The notes under the pieces were generated by a model that ran no database searches, was not told the origin of the DNA, and saw only the letters and a list, made by a program, of their open reading frames with translations. A DNA stretch of 64,000 nt from Thermomicrobiales bacterium (GTDB lineage Bacteria; Chloroflexota; Chloroflexia; Thermomicrobiales; UBA6265): the NCBI GenBank assembly GCA_035708745.1, contig DASTFJ010000169.1:4534-68533 (forward strand), written 5' to 3'. This document shows positions 36,814-46,806 of the stretch, one piece after another. The position numbers and the translations under genes are program-made. The number at the start of each line of letters is the position of its first letter. The stretch's first letter is position 1.

Positions 36814-37662
36814 TTAGCCCAGCCATCCGGATGGCTCGTAGAGTCCCGATCGAATGCAGGCCCAGAGATTTCGATACTGGTCCCAGGGCGTGTCGCCGGT
36901 GATGCGGATCGTGAGGGGTGCGAGCCGCTCCGCGCCCTGCGTGCGCGCCGCCCGTTCCGACTGCGCCATCGTGACGAACGAGAGCTCGAGATCCCACGGA
37001 GCTTCGACCAGATACGGTTCGATCTGGCCGGCGTTGGTGACGGCTCGCCGGACCGCGTCGGTGATGTCTTTTCGTGCGCTTGCCAGTGGACGACATATGG
37101 CGGCGTTGCGCCCGGTTGCCTCTTTCACCGAAACGATCTCTACTCCAGCGGGCAGAAAGGCGCGGGCTTCCCGAGCGAGCGCTGTGTCCCCGCTCACCAT
37201 GACGACCGGTATGCCCAGATAGCCCAGGACTGCCGCGTTCAGACCGAGCTCCCCATGAGGACGCCCGTTCAAACGCAGCTCGGCGACGACGCCGCCGGCA
37301 ATCGTGTGCGGATGGATCGCGGCGGGCGTCGCGGCCATGGCGTGATACCCGATGCAGATGGCGACCCCGAAATCGTGGCTATCGGCGCCTTCCAGTTGGC
37401 AATAGTCCTTGGCGTCGCCGCTACCCGAAACCAGATGCGCTTTTGGATGCAGCTCTTCGATCAGGATATTGCGCATGGGTCCATGACCATCGTTGACCAG
37501 GACGTAGTCGACTTCAGTCCCGCCCAGGCCTTCGATGGCCGCGTTGACATCCTGGGTCATGAGGCGGCGACCGACCGAATAGTCGGGTCGTTGCGGCATC
37601 ATGAAGTCGCCATGGACGACGCCACTGATGCCTTCGATATCAGCGCTGATGAAGACGTTCAA
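36814..37662 (-). CDS. D-aminopeptidase, M55 (DppA) family
   Basis: TTG start at 37662 with AGGAAGGA upstream. N-terminus (L)NVFISADIEGISGVVHGD is typical of M55. The ORF-track 343-aa form is an upstream extension. Confidence 0.85.
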   Translation of the reverse strand: MNVFISADIEGISGVVHGDFMMPQRPDYSVGRRLMTQDVNAAIEGLGGTEVDYVLVNDGHGPMRNILIEELHPKAHLVSGSGDAKDYCQLEGADSHDFGVAICIGYHAMAATPAAIHPHTIAGGVVAELRLNGRPHGELGLNAAVLGYLGIPVVMVSGDTALAREARAFLPAGVEIVSVKEATGRNAAICRPLASARKDITDAVRRAVTNAGQIEPYLVEAPWDLELSFVTMAQSERAARTQGAERLAPLTIRITGDTPWDQYRNLWACIRSGLYEPSGWLG

Positions 37663-37691
37663 TGTCGGTCCTTCCTGTGAGGTTCTGGTCG

Positions 37692-38477
37692 TCAGTCGCG
37701 CTGGCGGGGATCCATCACATCCCGGAGTCCATCGCCGAAGAGATTCAACGCCAGCACGACGATCATGATGGCCAATCCCGGGAATGTGGCCATCCACCAG
37801 GAGTCGCGCAAGAAGCTGCGGGCGCTCGACAGCATTGCACCCCACTCAGGGGTTGGCGGCTGCGCGCCAAGGCCGAGATAGCTGAGGCCGGCCGCGGCAA
37901 GAATGGCGAACCCAACCCCTATGGTCGCCAGAACGATCAGTGGCGCAACGATGTTTGGCAGCACGTATCGCCCGAGAATGCGGGTGTTCCCGGCCCCGAT
38001 CGCACGGGCGCCGATCATGTATTCGTCTTCTTTCATCCCGAGCACCGAACCGCGAGAGGTGCGGGCATAGACTGGGATCGACTCGATTCCAACCGCGATC
38101 ATGACATTGAACAGGCTGGGACCGAGGATGGCGACGATAGCGATTGCCAATAGGAACCCGGGAAAGGCCAACATGACGTCCATCAAGCGCATGATCAGCG
38201 AATCGAGCCAGCCGCCCCAATAGCCGGATACGATGCCGATGAGCGTTCCGCCTATAAGCGCGATCCCGATGGAAATCAATCCAACCCGGAGTGAAACGCG
38301 CGCGCCGTAGATCACGCGGCTCAACACATCACGCCCCAGCTCATCGGTTCCGAATGGGTGGGACATGCTGGGAGGTTGCCGCAGATTCGGTGAAATCTCA
38401 TTCGGGTCGTACGGGGCCAGAACCGGGGCAAAGAGGGCGACGACGATCACCAGGAGCAGCACCAACCCACCGGCCAA
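37692..38477 (-). CDS. Peptide/nickel ABC transporter permease (DppC/OppC-like); orphan and possibly 5'-truncated
   Basis: Typical DppC core (LFAPVLAPYDPNE...HPFGTDELGRDVLSRVIYGARVSL...). The only in-frame start is TTG 38477. The in-frame upstream sequence TFFRRLVRRPAA looks like a native N-terminus but is cut by a TAG at 38544-38546. No partner permease, ATPase or SBP genes are adjacent. Confidence 0.75.
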   Translation of the reverse strand: MAGGLVLLLVIVVALFAPVLAPYDPNEISPNLRQPPSMSHPFGTDELGRDVLSRVIYGARVSLRVGLISIGIALIGGTLIGIVSGYWGGWLDSLIMRLMDVMLAFPGFLLAIAIVAILGPSLFNVMIAVGIESIPVYARTSRGSVLGMKEDEYMIGARAIGAGNTRILGRYVLPNIVAPLIVLATIGVGFAILAAAGLSYLGLGAQPPTPEWGAMLSSARSFLRDSWWMATFPGLAIMIVVLALNLFGDGLRDVMDPRQRD

Positions 38478-38651
38478 GGCCGCCGGGCGGCGGACCAGGC
38501 GACGGAAAAACGTCGCGGTCCGGTCACCCGCCGGGGTTGCGCGCTATCCCCGCCACGTCGCGGCTCATCGCGCAGCGTGTCGAACACGTGCAAAAGCTGT
38601 GAAGCTGGATAGGTGGCGGGGCCCGTGCTGGTAGCGGGGTGGGCGATCGCG

Positions 38652-39311
38652 TCATTCAGTTCCTGGTTTCGCCAGCCGAATCGTCGCCAGGGACTCGTAG
38701 CGCGCGCCGGATTTCTCGAGATGGCTTCGGAAAAGCGTCAGCTCGGAAATCGTGAACTCGACGGGGTGGTCGACAATCTCCTGCACGCTGGGTGCGTGAT
38801 ATGCCTCGCCGAGCTGATAAGGGAAGAGCCGGTCGACCGAGTCGCGAGCGCGGCCGAGTGTGAGATGGGGCCGGAATGATTGCTCTTCGATGGAAACGCC
38901 GAACCGGTCCAGCATGGTCCCAGTGTCACGATATAGCTTGGTCAGCCGATCGGTCTGCCCAGTCAATCCGATCCAGAGCACCCGCGGCCGCTTCTGGTTG
39001 GGAAAGACGCCCAGGTTGCCGGTGCGCAGCCGGATGGATCCGGACTTTGGCGACAGATTTGCAAAAGACATGCGCAGCAGCTCGGCCCGCTCGGTCGGAA
39101 CCTCGCCGATGAAGTGCAGGGTCAGGTGGAGTGCGTTTTGCGCAGTCCAACGCACCGGCAGATCGCGGCTGGAGAGATCGTCGAGCAGGTGTCCGAGATG
39201 ATCGAGCACGGCGTTCGGCAAGGGAGCGGCTATGAACAGCCGCGGTCCCTCGGGTTTCGCCTGGGGTCGCTCAGGTCGTGGATTCGATTGCGGTCGGTTT
39301 CGTCGCGCCAT
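38652..39311 (-). CDS. thpR: RNA 2',3'-cyclic phosphodiesterase (2H phosphoesterase, LigT/ThpR)
   Basis: Two HxTxx motifs: ALHLTLHFIG and RPHLTLGRA. Confidence 0.85.
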   Translation of the reverse strand: MARRNRPQSNPRPERPQAKPEGPRLFIAAPLPNAVLDHLGHLLDDLSSRDLPVRWTAQNALHLTLHFIGEVPTERAELLRMSFANLSPKSGSIRLRTGNLGVFPNQKRPRVLWIGLTGQTDRLTKLYRDTGTMLDRFGVSIEEQSFRPHLTLGRARDSVDRLFPYQLGEAYHAPSVQEIVDHPVEFTISELTLFRSHLEKSGARYESLATIRLAKPGTE

Positions 39312-39388
39312 GGGGGCAGTATAGAAGCTGGAAGGGCGGTGGACTCGATGGCGACTGTCGCCATACTCTTCGCATGATGGAGGAATCG

Positions 39389-40267
39389 ATGATCACCGCA
39401 TTTTTGGGACCCCGGGGAACGTTCAGCGAAGATGCCGCCATTTCCTTTGCAGGCGAGGATAGCGAGTTTCTGGCATTCAACTCGTTTCCGGCGCTGACCG
39501 CGGCGGTCGAAACCGGACTTGCCACGCAGGCGATGTTGCCGATCGAGAATTCGATCGAGGGCTCGATCAGCACCACGCTCGATCTGCTCATCCACGAGAC
39601 CCCGCTCAAGATCGCCGCCGAAGTCGTCGTGCCGGTGCGTCACTTTCTCATCACCGCTCCCGGTGCGAGCTTGCCCGACATCTCCGAGGTCACTTCCCAT
39701 CCGCAACCGTTCGGCCAGTGCCGCCGGTTTCTCGAGCGCGTGCTGCCGAAAGCAGCGCAAGTGGCCGCATTGAGTACCGCCACCGCGGTCGAGGAGGTCA
39801 GCACGAGCGGCGACATCCGCCGTGCTGCGATCGGCACCAGGCGTGCCGCCGAACTCTATGGCGGTCAGATCATCGCCCATGATATCCAGGATATCCGCTC
39901 CAACTTCACGCGCTTCGTCGTCTTACGCAATGAGGATTCACTCCGCACCGGCAATGACAAGACGTCGATCGGCTTCGTCCTCCACGTCAATGCGCCCGGT
40001 TCGTTGCTGGAATCGCTGACGCCTTTTGCCGAAGGCAAGATCGAGCTGACCAAGGTGGAAAGCCGCCCGACTAAGGAGTGGCTCGGTGAGTACTATTTCC
40101 TGCTCGATTTCCAGGGGCACCGCACCGATGCGCTGGTGGTCGATGCGCTCGAACGGCTCGGCGGCGTCGCAAAAGTCAAGGTGTTCGGTTCATATCCGCG
40201 CTTCGATTTCGAAACATTGGCGAATGAGGTCATGGCCGGCGTCGGTCCCGGCGCGCGGGTGCTATGA
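39389..40267 (+). CDS. pheA: Prephenate dehydratase (PDT plus ACT domains)
   Basis: MITAFLGPRGTFSE, NFTRFVVL and VESRPTKE motifs. Start at ATG 39389 (GGAGGA upstream); alternatives at 39374/39377. Confidence 0.9.
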   Translation: MITAFLGPRGTFSEDAAISFAGEDSEFLAFNSFPALTAAVETGLATQAMLPIENSIEGSISTTLDLLIHETPLKIAAEVVVPVRHFLITAPGASLPDISEVTSHPQPFGQCRRFLERVLPKAAQVAALSTATAVEEVSTSGDIRRAAIGTRRAAELYGGQIIAHDIQDIRSNFTRFVVLRNEDSLRTGNDKTSIGFVLHVNAPGSLLESLTPFAEGKIELTKVESRPTKEWLGEYYFLLDFQGHRTDALVVDALERLGGVAKVKVFGSYPRFDFETLANEVMAGVGPGARVL

Positions 40268-41058
40268 CAGCGCCATCTCTCTTGGTCGGCCGGGCGCTGG
40301 AGACGGCCTATATCGTCGCCGGCATCGAGCATGCCACTGAATCTGAGGGGTCGGTGCGAGGCGCCCTCAGCGGAGCTGATGTTGGAGTGTCGGACTTTGC
40401 GCTGATTTCGACACCCGAAATTACGTTGCTGATCGGAACGCACCTGATCGACCCGGTGTTTGGGGTGACCGTCGCGGAATCCGGGGCGATCGCGATGCGC
40501 GCCCCGGTGCGGCCCGATGAGATCGACGAAGCCTCGATCCTGCTCTACGAAACCAGCAGCACGGCCGAACTCCTGGCCCGCGCGACGATTTGGCCGTTCT
40601 ACGGTATCCGGGCCAGCTCCTGGGCGACCGTGGCAGACGGCGCCAGCGCCATCACCATCGTCGATGGTCTCGCCGCGCTCGAACCGGTCGAAGCCGGGTT
40701 CAGCGAAGATCTGGTGCGCGCCTGGTATATCCTCACCGAGCAATCGGTCGTGACCCATCTTCTTGCGGTTCCGGCGGAAGCCAGCGATGAGGAAGTCGAC
40801 GCCGTCCGATCGCGTCTTACTGATGCAGCCGCAGCTGGATATGCCGCGCGCCGCGAGGTTCGTCGCGCTTTGCAGGCGAACAGCTCGGTCGAAACCGACC
40901 GCCTGGTGGAATTCTTCGCCGGCATTCGTTACGACCTCGATGCCGACGATCGGGCAGCCGCCTATTCCCTCATTGCCCGCGGGTCGGGTGGCACCCGATA
41001 TCCATTGCTTCGGGAAATACCGTGGCGACCGGCTGGTGAGGCGCCGCCATCGACGTAA
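40264..41058 (+). CDS. Hypothetical protein, possibly MqnA/PBP-fold (chorismate dehydratase-like)
   Basis: ATG overlaps the pheA stop (ATGA). Weak by-eye resemblance to the MqnA family (SSTAELLAR..., ITIVDGLAAL, EDLVRAWYILTEQ..V.HLLAV, C-terminal LVEFFAGIRYDLDADDRAAAYSLI). The 335-aa ORF on the opposite strand is judged spurious. Confidence 0.4.
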   Translation: MTAPSLLVGRALETAYIVAGIEHATESEGSVRGALSGADVGVSDFALISTPEITLLIGTHLIDPVFGVTVAESGAIAMRAPVRPDEIDEASILLYETSSTAELLARATIWPFYGIRASSWATVADGASAITIVDGLAALEPVEAGFSEDLVRAWYILTEQSVVTHLLAVPAEASDEEVDAVRSRLTDAAAAGYAARREVRRALQANSSVETDRLVEFFAGIRYDLDADDRAAAYSLIARGSGGTRYPLLREIPWRPAGEAPPST

Positions 41059-41140
41059 GGCATGAGCTCCGGAGAGGGGTGCATACCGGAATCTGCGCAT
41101 AACCGTGCAAACCTAGTGGGTGAATCCCGGCAAATCGAAC

Positions 41141-41166
41141 GCCGCGAACGAATCGCGGCAATTTCC
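41141..41166 (+). terminator. Weak hairpin terminator candidate in a convergent gap
   Basis: GCCGCGA (41141-41147) / TCGCGGC (41153-41159), loop ACGAA, then AATTTCC. Poor U-tract. Confidence 0.3.
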
Positions 41167-41214
41167 GACGTAGACGCTGCGTGCCATAGCGTCACGATTT
41201 GGACGAAATCGACC

Positions 41215-42246
41215 TTATCGAGGCGATCCCGCTGTCAACACCGATGTCGCCATCGACGACGCCTTGTCGCGCAAGTCGGTGAAGAGGGGTGTGCTGAGAT
41301 AGCGCTCCCCGGTATCTGGCAGGATGGCGACGATGAGCTTCCCCTCATTCTCGGGTCGCCTGGCGATTTCGCGACCGGCATAGACTGCCGCGCCGGCTGA
41401 GATGCCAGTAAAGAGCCCTTCGGTCACCATCAGCTCGCGGGCCGCGTCGATCGCCTGATCGCCGGTGACGTGAAAGATTTCGTCGATCAGGTCGATCTGC
41501 AAAACGGGCGGCACGAAATTCGCGCCAATTCCCTGAATCTTGTGGGGGGCGGCCTCGCCTCCGGCGAGAAACGGCGATTCCTTGGGCTCGACGGCAACCA
41601 GCTGGAACGATGGCTTCAATCCCTTGAGCACCTGGCCGACGCCCGAGATGGTGCCTCCGGTGCCCACGCCGCCGACCAGTATGTCGATCTGCCCGTCGGT
41701 GTCTTGCCAAAGCTCCACCGCGGTCGTCCTGGTGTGGATCTCGGGGTTGGCTTGATTTTCGAATTGCATCGGCATCCAGGAGTCGGGAATCTCTTCCATC
41801 AACTCCTCGGCCTTCCAAATCGAGCCGACCATGCCATCCGCCGCGGGGGTCAATACCAGCTCCGCGCCATAGGCCAACAGCATCACACGCCGTTCGAGAC
41901 TCATATTTTCGGGCATCGTCAGGATCAAGCGATAGCCGCGTGAGGCTGCCACCCAGGCGAGCGCGATACCCGTGTTGCCGCTGGTCGGTTCGATGATCGT
42001 GGTCTTGCCGGGCGCGATCAGCCCTTTGGCTTCGGCATCGAGGATCATCGAGACTCCGATACGATCCTTGACGGAATAGCCGGGGGAAAAGGACTCCAGC
42101 TTACCGACCAGCCGGCCCGGTGCATTCCGCGCATAGCGATCGAGTCGAATCAAAGGCGTGTTACCGATCAACTCGGTGGCGTCGTTGGCGATGGCCGGCC
42201 GGGTTCGGCGGACGAGCTGAGATTCATCGATATCGAGGGCAGGCAT
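41215..42246 (-). CDS. cysK: Cysteine synthase / O-acetylserine sulfhydrylase family (PLP-dependent)
   Basis: PLP-Lys region [12 protein letters not shown], phosphate loop [20 protein letters not shown]. About 30-aa N-terminal and about 25-aa C-terminal extensions. Confidence 0.85.
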   Translation of the reverse strand: MPALDIDESQLVRRTRPAIANDATELIGNTPLIRLDRYARNAPGRLVGKLESFSPGYSVKDRIGVSMILDAEAKGLIAPGKTTIIEPTSGNTGIALAWVAASRGYRLILTMPENMSLERRVMLLAYGAELVLTPAADGMVGSIWKAEELMEEIPDSWMPMQFENQANPEIHTRTTAVELWQDTDGQIDILVGGVGTGGTISGVGQVLKGLKPSFQLVAVEPKESPFLAGGEAAPHKIQGIGANFVPPVLQIDLIDEIFHVTGDQAIDAARELMVTEGLFTGISAGAAVYAGREIARRPENEGKLIVAILPDTGERYLSTPLFTDLRDKASSMATSVLTAGSPR

Positions 42247-42312
42247 GGTTCTCGTCTCCCTGACGCGATCGGCTGACTGGCGAGCCGAACGTACCAGAAG
42301 TGTAGTTCTCTA

Positions 42313-43038
42313 TCAATTTTCGCCGGGGGACTCGAGGTCCGGAGCCACGCGACCGGTTTCGACCTGGTATTCGGCCTCGCTGCCGATCCAGACCGCGCCG
42401 TCCGCGTAGATCTCCCGTTTCCAGATGGGGACAAGCACCTTGATACGCTCGATGGCATAGCGGCAGGCCTCGAACGCCACCTCTCGGTGCGCCGACGAGA
42501 CCGCGATCACGACGCTCACTTCGCCGATCTGCAGCAGCCCATACCGATGTTGGATCGCCACGGTGCGGATGCCCCAACGCTCGAAGATTTCATCGCCGAT
42601 CTGCTCAAGCATCTTCGTGGCCGCTGGAGGATACGCCTCGTATTCCAGCGCGGTAACCGCTTTGCCGCGAGCATGGTCGCGCACGGTTCCGGCGAAGGTG
42701 ACCAGCGCGCCGGATGCCTCGTCGACCACCAGATTTTCGACTCCGCGAGGATCGATGACGTTGTCGGTAACGCGAAAGCGCTGCTCGTCAGCGCCGCCGC
42801 TGACCGGCGGGATGATGGCCACTTCGACACCGCTGCTGAGCACGAAATCGCGCGGTCGGTAATGCTGGTCGACCATGACCATGAAGGCATGTTCCGATTG
42901 CTTCAGCCGCTCGCTCTGCGCCAGTACGAGGTCGAGGGCGTCGCTGACTGTGGAGCCGTCGGCCAGCTCGACGGTTTCCTTTGATTTGCCGAGAAGCTCG
43001 CGGACGATGGCGAAATAGCGCATCTGGACGGTGATCAT
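42313..43038 (-). CDS. MoaD-MoaE fusion (molybdopterin synthase small and large subunits in one ORF, MoaX-like)
   Basis: Start at ATG 43038 (GGAGG upstream; overlaps the thiolase stop as ATGA). The N-terminal 82 aa are MoaD-like and end in ...AIIPPVSGG. The ORF continues directly into a MoaE-like domain ([27 protein letters not shown]...[31 protein letters not shown]). Confidence 0.85.
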   Translation of the reverse strand: MITVQMRYFAIVRELLGKSKETVELADGSTVSDALDLVLAQSERLKQSEHAFMVMVDQHYRPRDFVLSSGVEVAIIPPVSGGADEQRFRVTDNVIDPRGVENLVVDEASGALVTFAGTVRDHARGKAVTALEYEAYPPAATKMLEQIGDEIFERWGIRTVAIQHRYGLLQIGEVSVVIAVSSAHREVAFEACRYAIERIKVLVPIWKREIYADGAVWIGSEAEYQVETGRVAPDLESPGEN

Positions 43039-44258
43039 GATGCCTCCAGTCGTTCGACGATCATGGCCATTCCCTGTCCGACGCCGATGCAAAGGGTCGC
43101 CAAACCGTATCGTCCACCAGTTCGTTCCAGCTCGTGCACCAGGGTGGTCATCATACGGGCGCCGGTTGCGCCGAGTGGATGCCCGAGTGCAATTGCGCCG
43201 CCATTGGGATTGACCTTTTCGGGATCGAATCCCAGCTCGCGGATGCAAGGCAGCGCCTGGGCCGCGAACGCCTCGTTGAGCTCGATTACGTCGAGGTCAT
43301 CCACCGTCAGCCCAGTGCGGTCGAGCACGTTGCGCGTGGCCGCGATTGGACCGAGTCCCATTACCGCCGGATCGAGCCCAACGACGGACGATCCGAGGAT
43401 TCGCGCTTTCGGCGTCATGCCCAGCGCGGCTGCCCGCTCCTCGTGCATGACCAACACGGCCGCCGCGCCATCGTTGATGCCACTGGAATTGCCGGCCGTG
43501 ACGGAGCCGCCATCGCGGAAAACCGGCTTCAGGCGGGCAAGTTCGGGCGCCGTGGTGGAGGGCCGGGGGTGTTCGTCGACCGAGACCAGCGTCGTGCCGC
43601 CTTTGACCGGAACCGGCACCGGTACAATCTCGCGCTCGAACCGGCCCTCGGCGATTGCGACGCCCGCCCGCCGCTGGCTCTCCGCCGCGAAGGCGTCCTG
43701 GTCCTCGCGTGAAACGTTGCATCGCTCCGCCACGTTTTCGGCCGTTTCTCCCATCGACCAGGGATAGTGCTGAGCGGCCAGCCTCGGATTGACGAAGCGC
43801 CAGCCCAGGCAGGAATCGGCCATCTGCCGATCGCCACGGGCATACGGCTTATCTGGTTTCAACACGATCAAGGGCGACCGGGTCATGCTTTCGACTCCAC
43901 CAGCGATGAAGACCGAGCCGTCGCCCGCGGCGATGGCTTGCGCCGCCGAGGCGATCGCCTGCAATCCGGACGCGCAAAGGCGATTGACCGTCTGTCCGGG
44001 CACGGTCTCCGGCAAGCCGGCGATCAGCGTCGCCATGCGGGCGACATTGCGATTGTCTTCCCCGGCCTGATTGGTGCAACCGAGAATGACATCGTCGATG
44101 ATGGTCGCATCGAGACCGGTCCGATCGACGATCGTGCCGATGACCAGCGCGGCCAGATCGTCCGGGCGGACCCCGGCCAGCGCACCGCCGTGGCGGCCAA
44201 TGGGCGTTCGCACGGCATCGACGATGACAGCGTGCGCGGAATCTCGGGTTTTGGGCAT
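43035..44258 (-). CDS. Acetyl-CoA C-acetyltransferase (thiolase II)
   Basis: Active-site Cys in [13 protein letters not shown]-terminal [20 protein letters not shown] and [10 protein letters not shown]. Confidence 0.95.
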   Translation of the reverse strand: MPKTRDSAHAVIVDAVRTPIGRHGGALAGVRPDDLAALVIGTIVDRTGLDATIIDDVILGCTNQAGEDNRNVARMATLIAGLPETVPGQTVNRLCASGLQAIASAAQAIAAGDGSVFIAGGVESMTRSPLIVLKPDKPYARGDRQMADSCLGWRFVNPRLAAQHYPWSMGETAENVAERCNVSREDQDAFAAESQRRAGVAIAEGRFEREIVPVPVPVKGGTTLVSVDEHPRPSTTAPELARLKPVFRDGGSVTAGNSSGINDGAAAVLVMHEERAAALGMTPKARILGSSVVGLDPAVMGLGPIAATRNVLDRTGLTVDDLDVIELNEAFAAQALPCIRELGFDPEKVNPNGGAIALGHPLGATGARMMTTLVHELERTGGRYGLATLCIGVGQGMAMIVERLEAS

Positions 44259-44333
44259 TTCTTGCTATCTTTCGCGCGGGCCAGGACGAGTGAGCGTTCC
44301 CGGAAGGCGGGTTGTTGGGGAAGGATAAGAGGA

Positions 44334-45308
44334 ATGACCGAAAGGGATACGCTCCCCGATGGGTACCGTGCATTCACGCCGACGATGGGCGATATTCCCC
44401 GCGCGACCGAATTTTTCAATCTGGTGGAAATCAGCGAATGGGGTATGCCCGATTTCGACGAAAGCGAAGTCGTCGAAGAATGGGCTGAGCTCGATCTAGG
44501 GAAATCGGTCGTGCTGGTCGAAGACCGGTCGGGCGAACTGGTGGCGTCGATGACTCTGATCAACAACCATGGAGTCACCTGGGAAGCCTATGGCTATGTT
44601 CATCCCGATCATCAGCAACGTGGGCTCGGCACATGGATTACGAACTGGTCCGAGGCAAAAGCGGCTGAGCGTGCGGACGAGACGAGGAATGGGTATCAGC
44701 TCGTGATGCTCAATTTCATCTCGACCGTCAATGAGGCTGCCCGCGAGCTGATGACCGGGCTTGGGTACGAGGGGTCCAAAGTCTTTCGCCGCATGCGCAT
44801 TGAGCTGGATCAGCAACCGGATCCGGTCACTTGGCCCTCAGGGTTGGAATTGCGGCCATATGTCGAGGGTCAGGACGAGCGAGCGTATTTCGATGCGCTC
44901 TCAACTTCCTTTGCCGATCATTGGGCGGCTGCTCCCCGCACACTCGAGCGGTGGGAATCGTCGATGAAGACCGGCGAGTACGACACCAATCTTTGGCTGC
45001 AGCTCTTCGATGGGGATAGGATCGTGGCAATCGGCGCTGGCAAGCTGATGGGCGATGCTGGCTGGATTGCAAATGTGGGCGTGTTGCCCGAGTATCGCCG
45101 CCGTGGCCTGGCGAAGCGGATGCTGCTGGAATTGTTCGGCCGCTATTGGGACAAGGGCATTAGACGCATCGATCTCGGAGTCGACGCCGAGAACCGCCAC
45201 AGTGCCATCGATCTCTACCTGGGTGCAGGCATGCATCAGACCCACAGCTACGAGGCCAGCCGGAAAGTCCTGCGCGAGGGTCGTGATTGGCGCGACGGGG
45301 ATGAATAG
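44334..45308 (+). CDS. Two-domain GNAT N-acetyltransferase (MshD-like architecture)
   Basis: Start at ATG 44334 (MTERDTLPDGY...). Two acetyltransferase halves: HPDHQQRGLGTWI and VLPEYRRRGLAKRML (motif A Q/RxxGxG/A). The ORF-track 513-aa form is an upstream read-through antisense to the thiolase gene. Confidence 0.8.
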   Translation: MTERDTLPDGYRAFTPTMGDIPRATEFFNLVEISEWGMPDFDESEVVEEWAELDLGKSVVLVEDRSGELVASMTLINNHGVTWEAYGYVHPDHQQRGLGTWITNWSEAKAAERADETRNGYQLVMLNFISTVNEAARELMTGLGYEGSKVFRRMRIELDQQPDPVTWPSGLELRPYVEGQDERAYFDALSTSFADHWAAAPRTLERWESSMKTGEYDTNLWLQLFDGDRIVAIGAGKLMGDAGWIANVGVLPEYRRRGLAKRMLLELFGRYWDKGIRRIDLGVDAENRHSAIDLYLGAGMHQTHSYEASRKVLREGRDWRDGDE

Positions 45309-45398
45309 TCTTTCCCGTCCGGAGCGAATCGAACCAAGGAATTTGTGGGAACGGGAAGTCACAGCGGCCCTTCACCACGACCTCTCAGGGCCGCGATA

Positions 45399-46652
45399 TC
45401 AGAACGAGCCGAGCAGGATTGCGTCCACCGTTTCGCCGGCTTTGTAGCAGGTTTCGCGCGGCGGGATGACGATCAGCGCATTGGCGCCGAGAAATGAGGC
45501 GAGGCGGGAGGAGTTTTGCGGGCCGTTGGCGATTGCGAGCAGGCATCCACTGTCGTCGACCGTCAGGATCGCGCGTTGATATTCGACCCGGTCGGTCGGG
45601 TCGGTGTCAGCGGCCAGCTTCACCCGGACGGTCTCCGGGCCAGCGCCGCTACCGGTCATCTTGCGGATTGCGCTGCGAATGAAGATCTCGAATCCGACCA
45701 GCGCCGATACCGGATTGCCCGGTAAGCCAAAAATCAAGGTCGGGCCGGCGGTGGCGAAGTTCAGCGGTTTGCCGGGTTTCAGGAAAATGCGTCGGAAATG
45801 GACGGTCGCCAAATCGAGCAGAATTGGCTTGATCAGGTCGAGATCGCCCATCGACACGCCGCCGCTGGTGATGACGATATCGCTGTCGGCGATCAGCCTG
45901 ACGAGCAGCGGTTCGAGCTGGTCGCGGACATCCGGACCTTTGCCGGCCCAGATCACCTCGGCTCCAGCCGATTCGAGCGCGGCGCGCAGCATAAAGCGGT
46001 TCGAATCGCGAATCTTTCCTGGAGCCAACGGTTCACTGGGCTCCAGCAGCTCGTCGCCGGTGGAAACGATGCTCACCCGGGGTTTGCGGCGCACCGTTAC
46101 CGGATCGCCGCCGTAGGCGGCCAGCAATCCGACTTCGGCCGGACCGAGGACCGAACCGGCACGCACCAGGAGCTGGCCGGCGGTGACGTCCGACCCGATC
46201 TGCCGTACGTTCTCGCCCGGTTGGACGAACTCCTGATGGATGATCACGTGGTCATCAGCGGTTTCGGTGTTTTCCACCTTCACCACCGCGTCGGCGCCGG
46301 TGGGAATCGGGGCGCCGGTCATGATCTTGATCGCGGTGCCGGGTGTGACCTCGGCGTCGCTCAAACTTCCGGCCGCTTGCACGCCGACGACATCGCGCCA
46401 AGGCGACCCGTCGTCGGCGATGACGGCATAGCCGTCCATGGTCGACGCGGGAAAGGGTGGGAAATCGGCGGACGCCACGAAATCGGACGCGAGCACGCGC
46501 CCCGCCGCGTCGATGAGCGAGACCTGTTCGGACGGGAGCAGCGGGGTATTCGCCAGAACCGTCGCCAGCGCTTCACTCGGATGACGAAGGCGGTCGAGTT
46601 CGTCTTCGGGTCCTTGAAATGTCACTGAAAACGCCGATCGATTGTCCGCCAC
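45399..46652 (-). CDS. moeA: Molybdopterin molybdotransferase
   Basis: STMDGYAV, SGGVSMGD and GLPGNPVSA motifs. GTG start. Confidence 0.9.
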   Translation of the reverse strand: MADNRSAFSVTFQGPEDELDRLRHPSEALATVLANTPLLPSEQVSLIDAAGRVLASDFVASADFPPFPASTMDGYAVIADDGSPWRDVVGVQAAGSLSDAEVTPGTAIKIMTGAPIPTGADAVVKVENTETADDHVIIHQEFVQPGENVRQIGSDVTAGQLLVRAGSVLGPAEVGLLAAYGGDPVTVRRKPRVSIVSTGDELLEPSEPLAPGKIRDSNRFMLRAALESAGAEVIWAGKGPDVRDQLEPLLVRLIADSDIVITSGGVSMGDLDLIKPILLDLATVHFRRIFLKPGKPLNFATAGPTLIFGLPGNPVSALVGFEIFIRSAIRKMTGSGAGPETVRVKLAADTDPTDRVEYQRAILTVDDSGCLLAIANGPQNSSRLASFLGANALIVIPPRETCYKAGETVDAILLGSF

Positions 46653-46806
46653 GGGCGGATTTCGTGTTCGGGCCGCATGGTACCATCTCGTTCATCTCCG
46701 GCGGCGTGGAGAGGGCGATCTGGTAGACGAACCAGGTATAATGACATAATCGAGGGAATCTCCGTTGCTGGTCCCGGTTGATTACACCTCGAATCACGTC
46801 GACACC

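Noticed and set aside
40093-41100. 335-aa minus-strand ORF overlapping the putative MqnA-like gene
   Set aside because: Arg/Pro/Gly-rich sequence without motifs. The plus-strand frame has better codon usage and an ATGA junction with pheA. The plus-strand call remains low-confidence.
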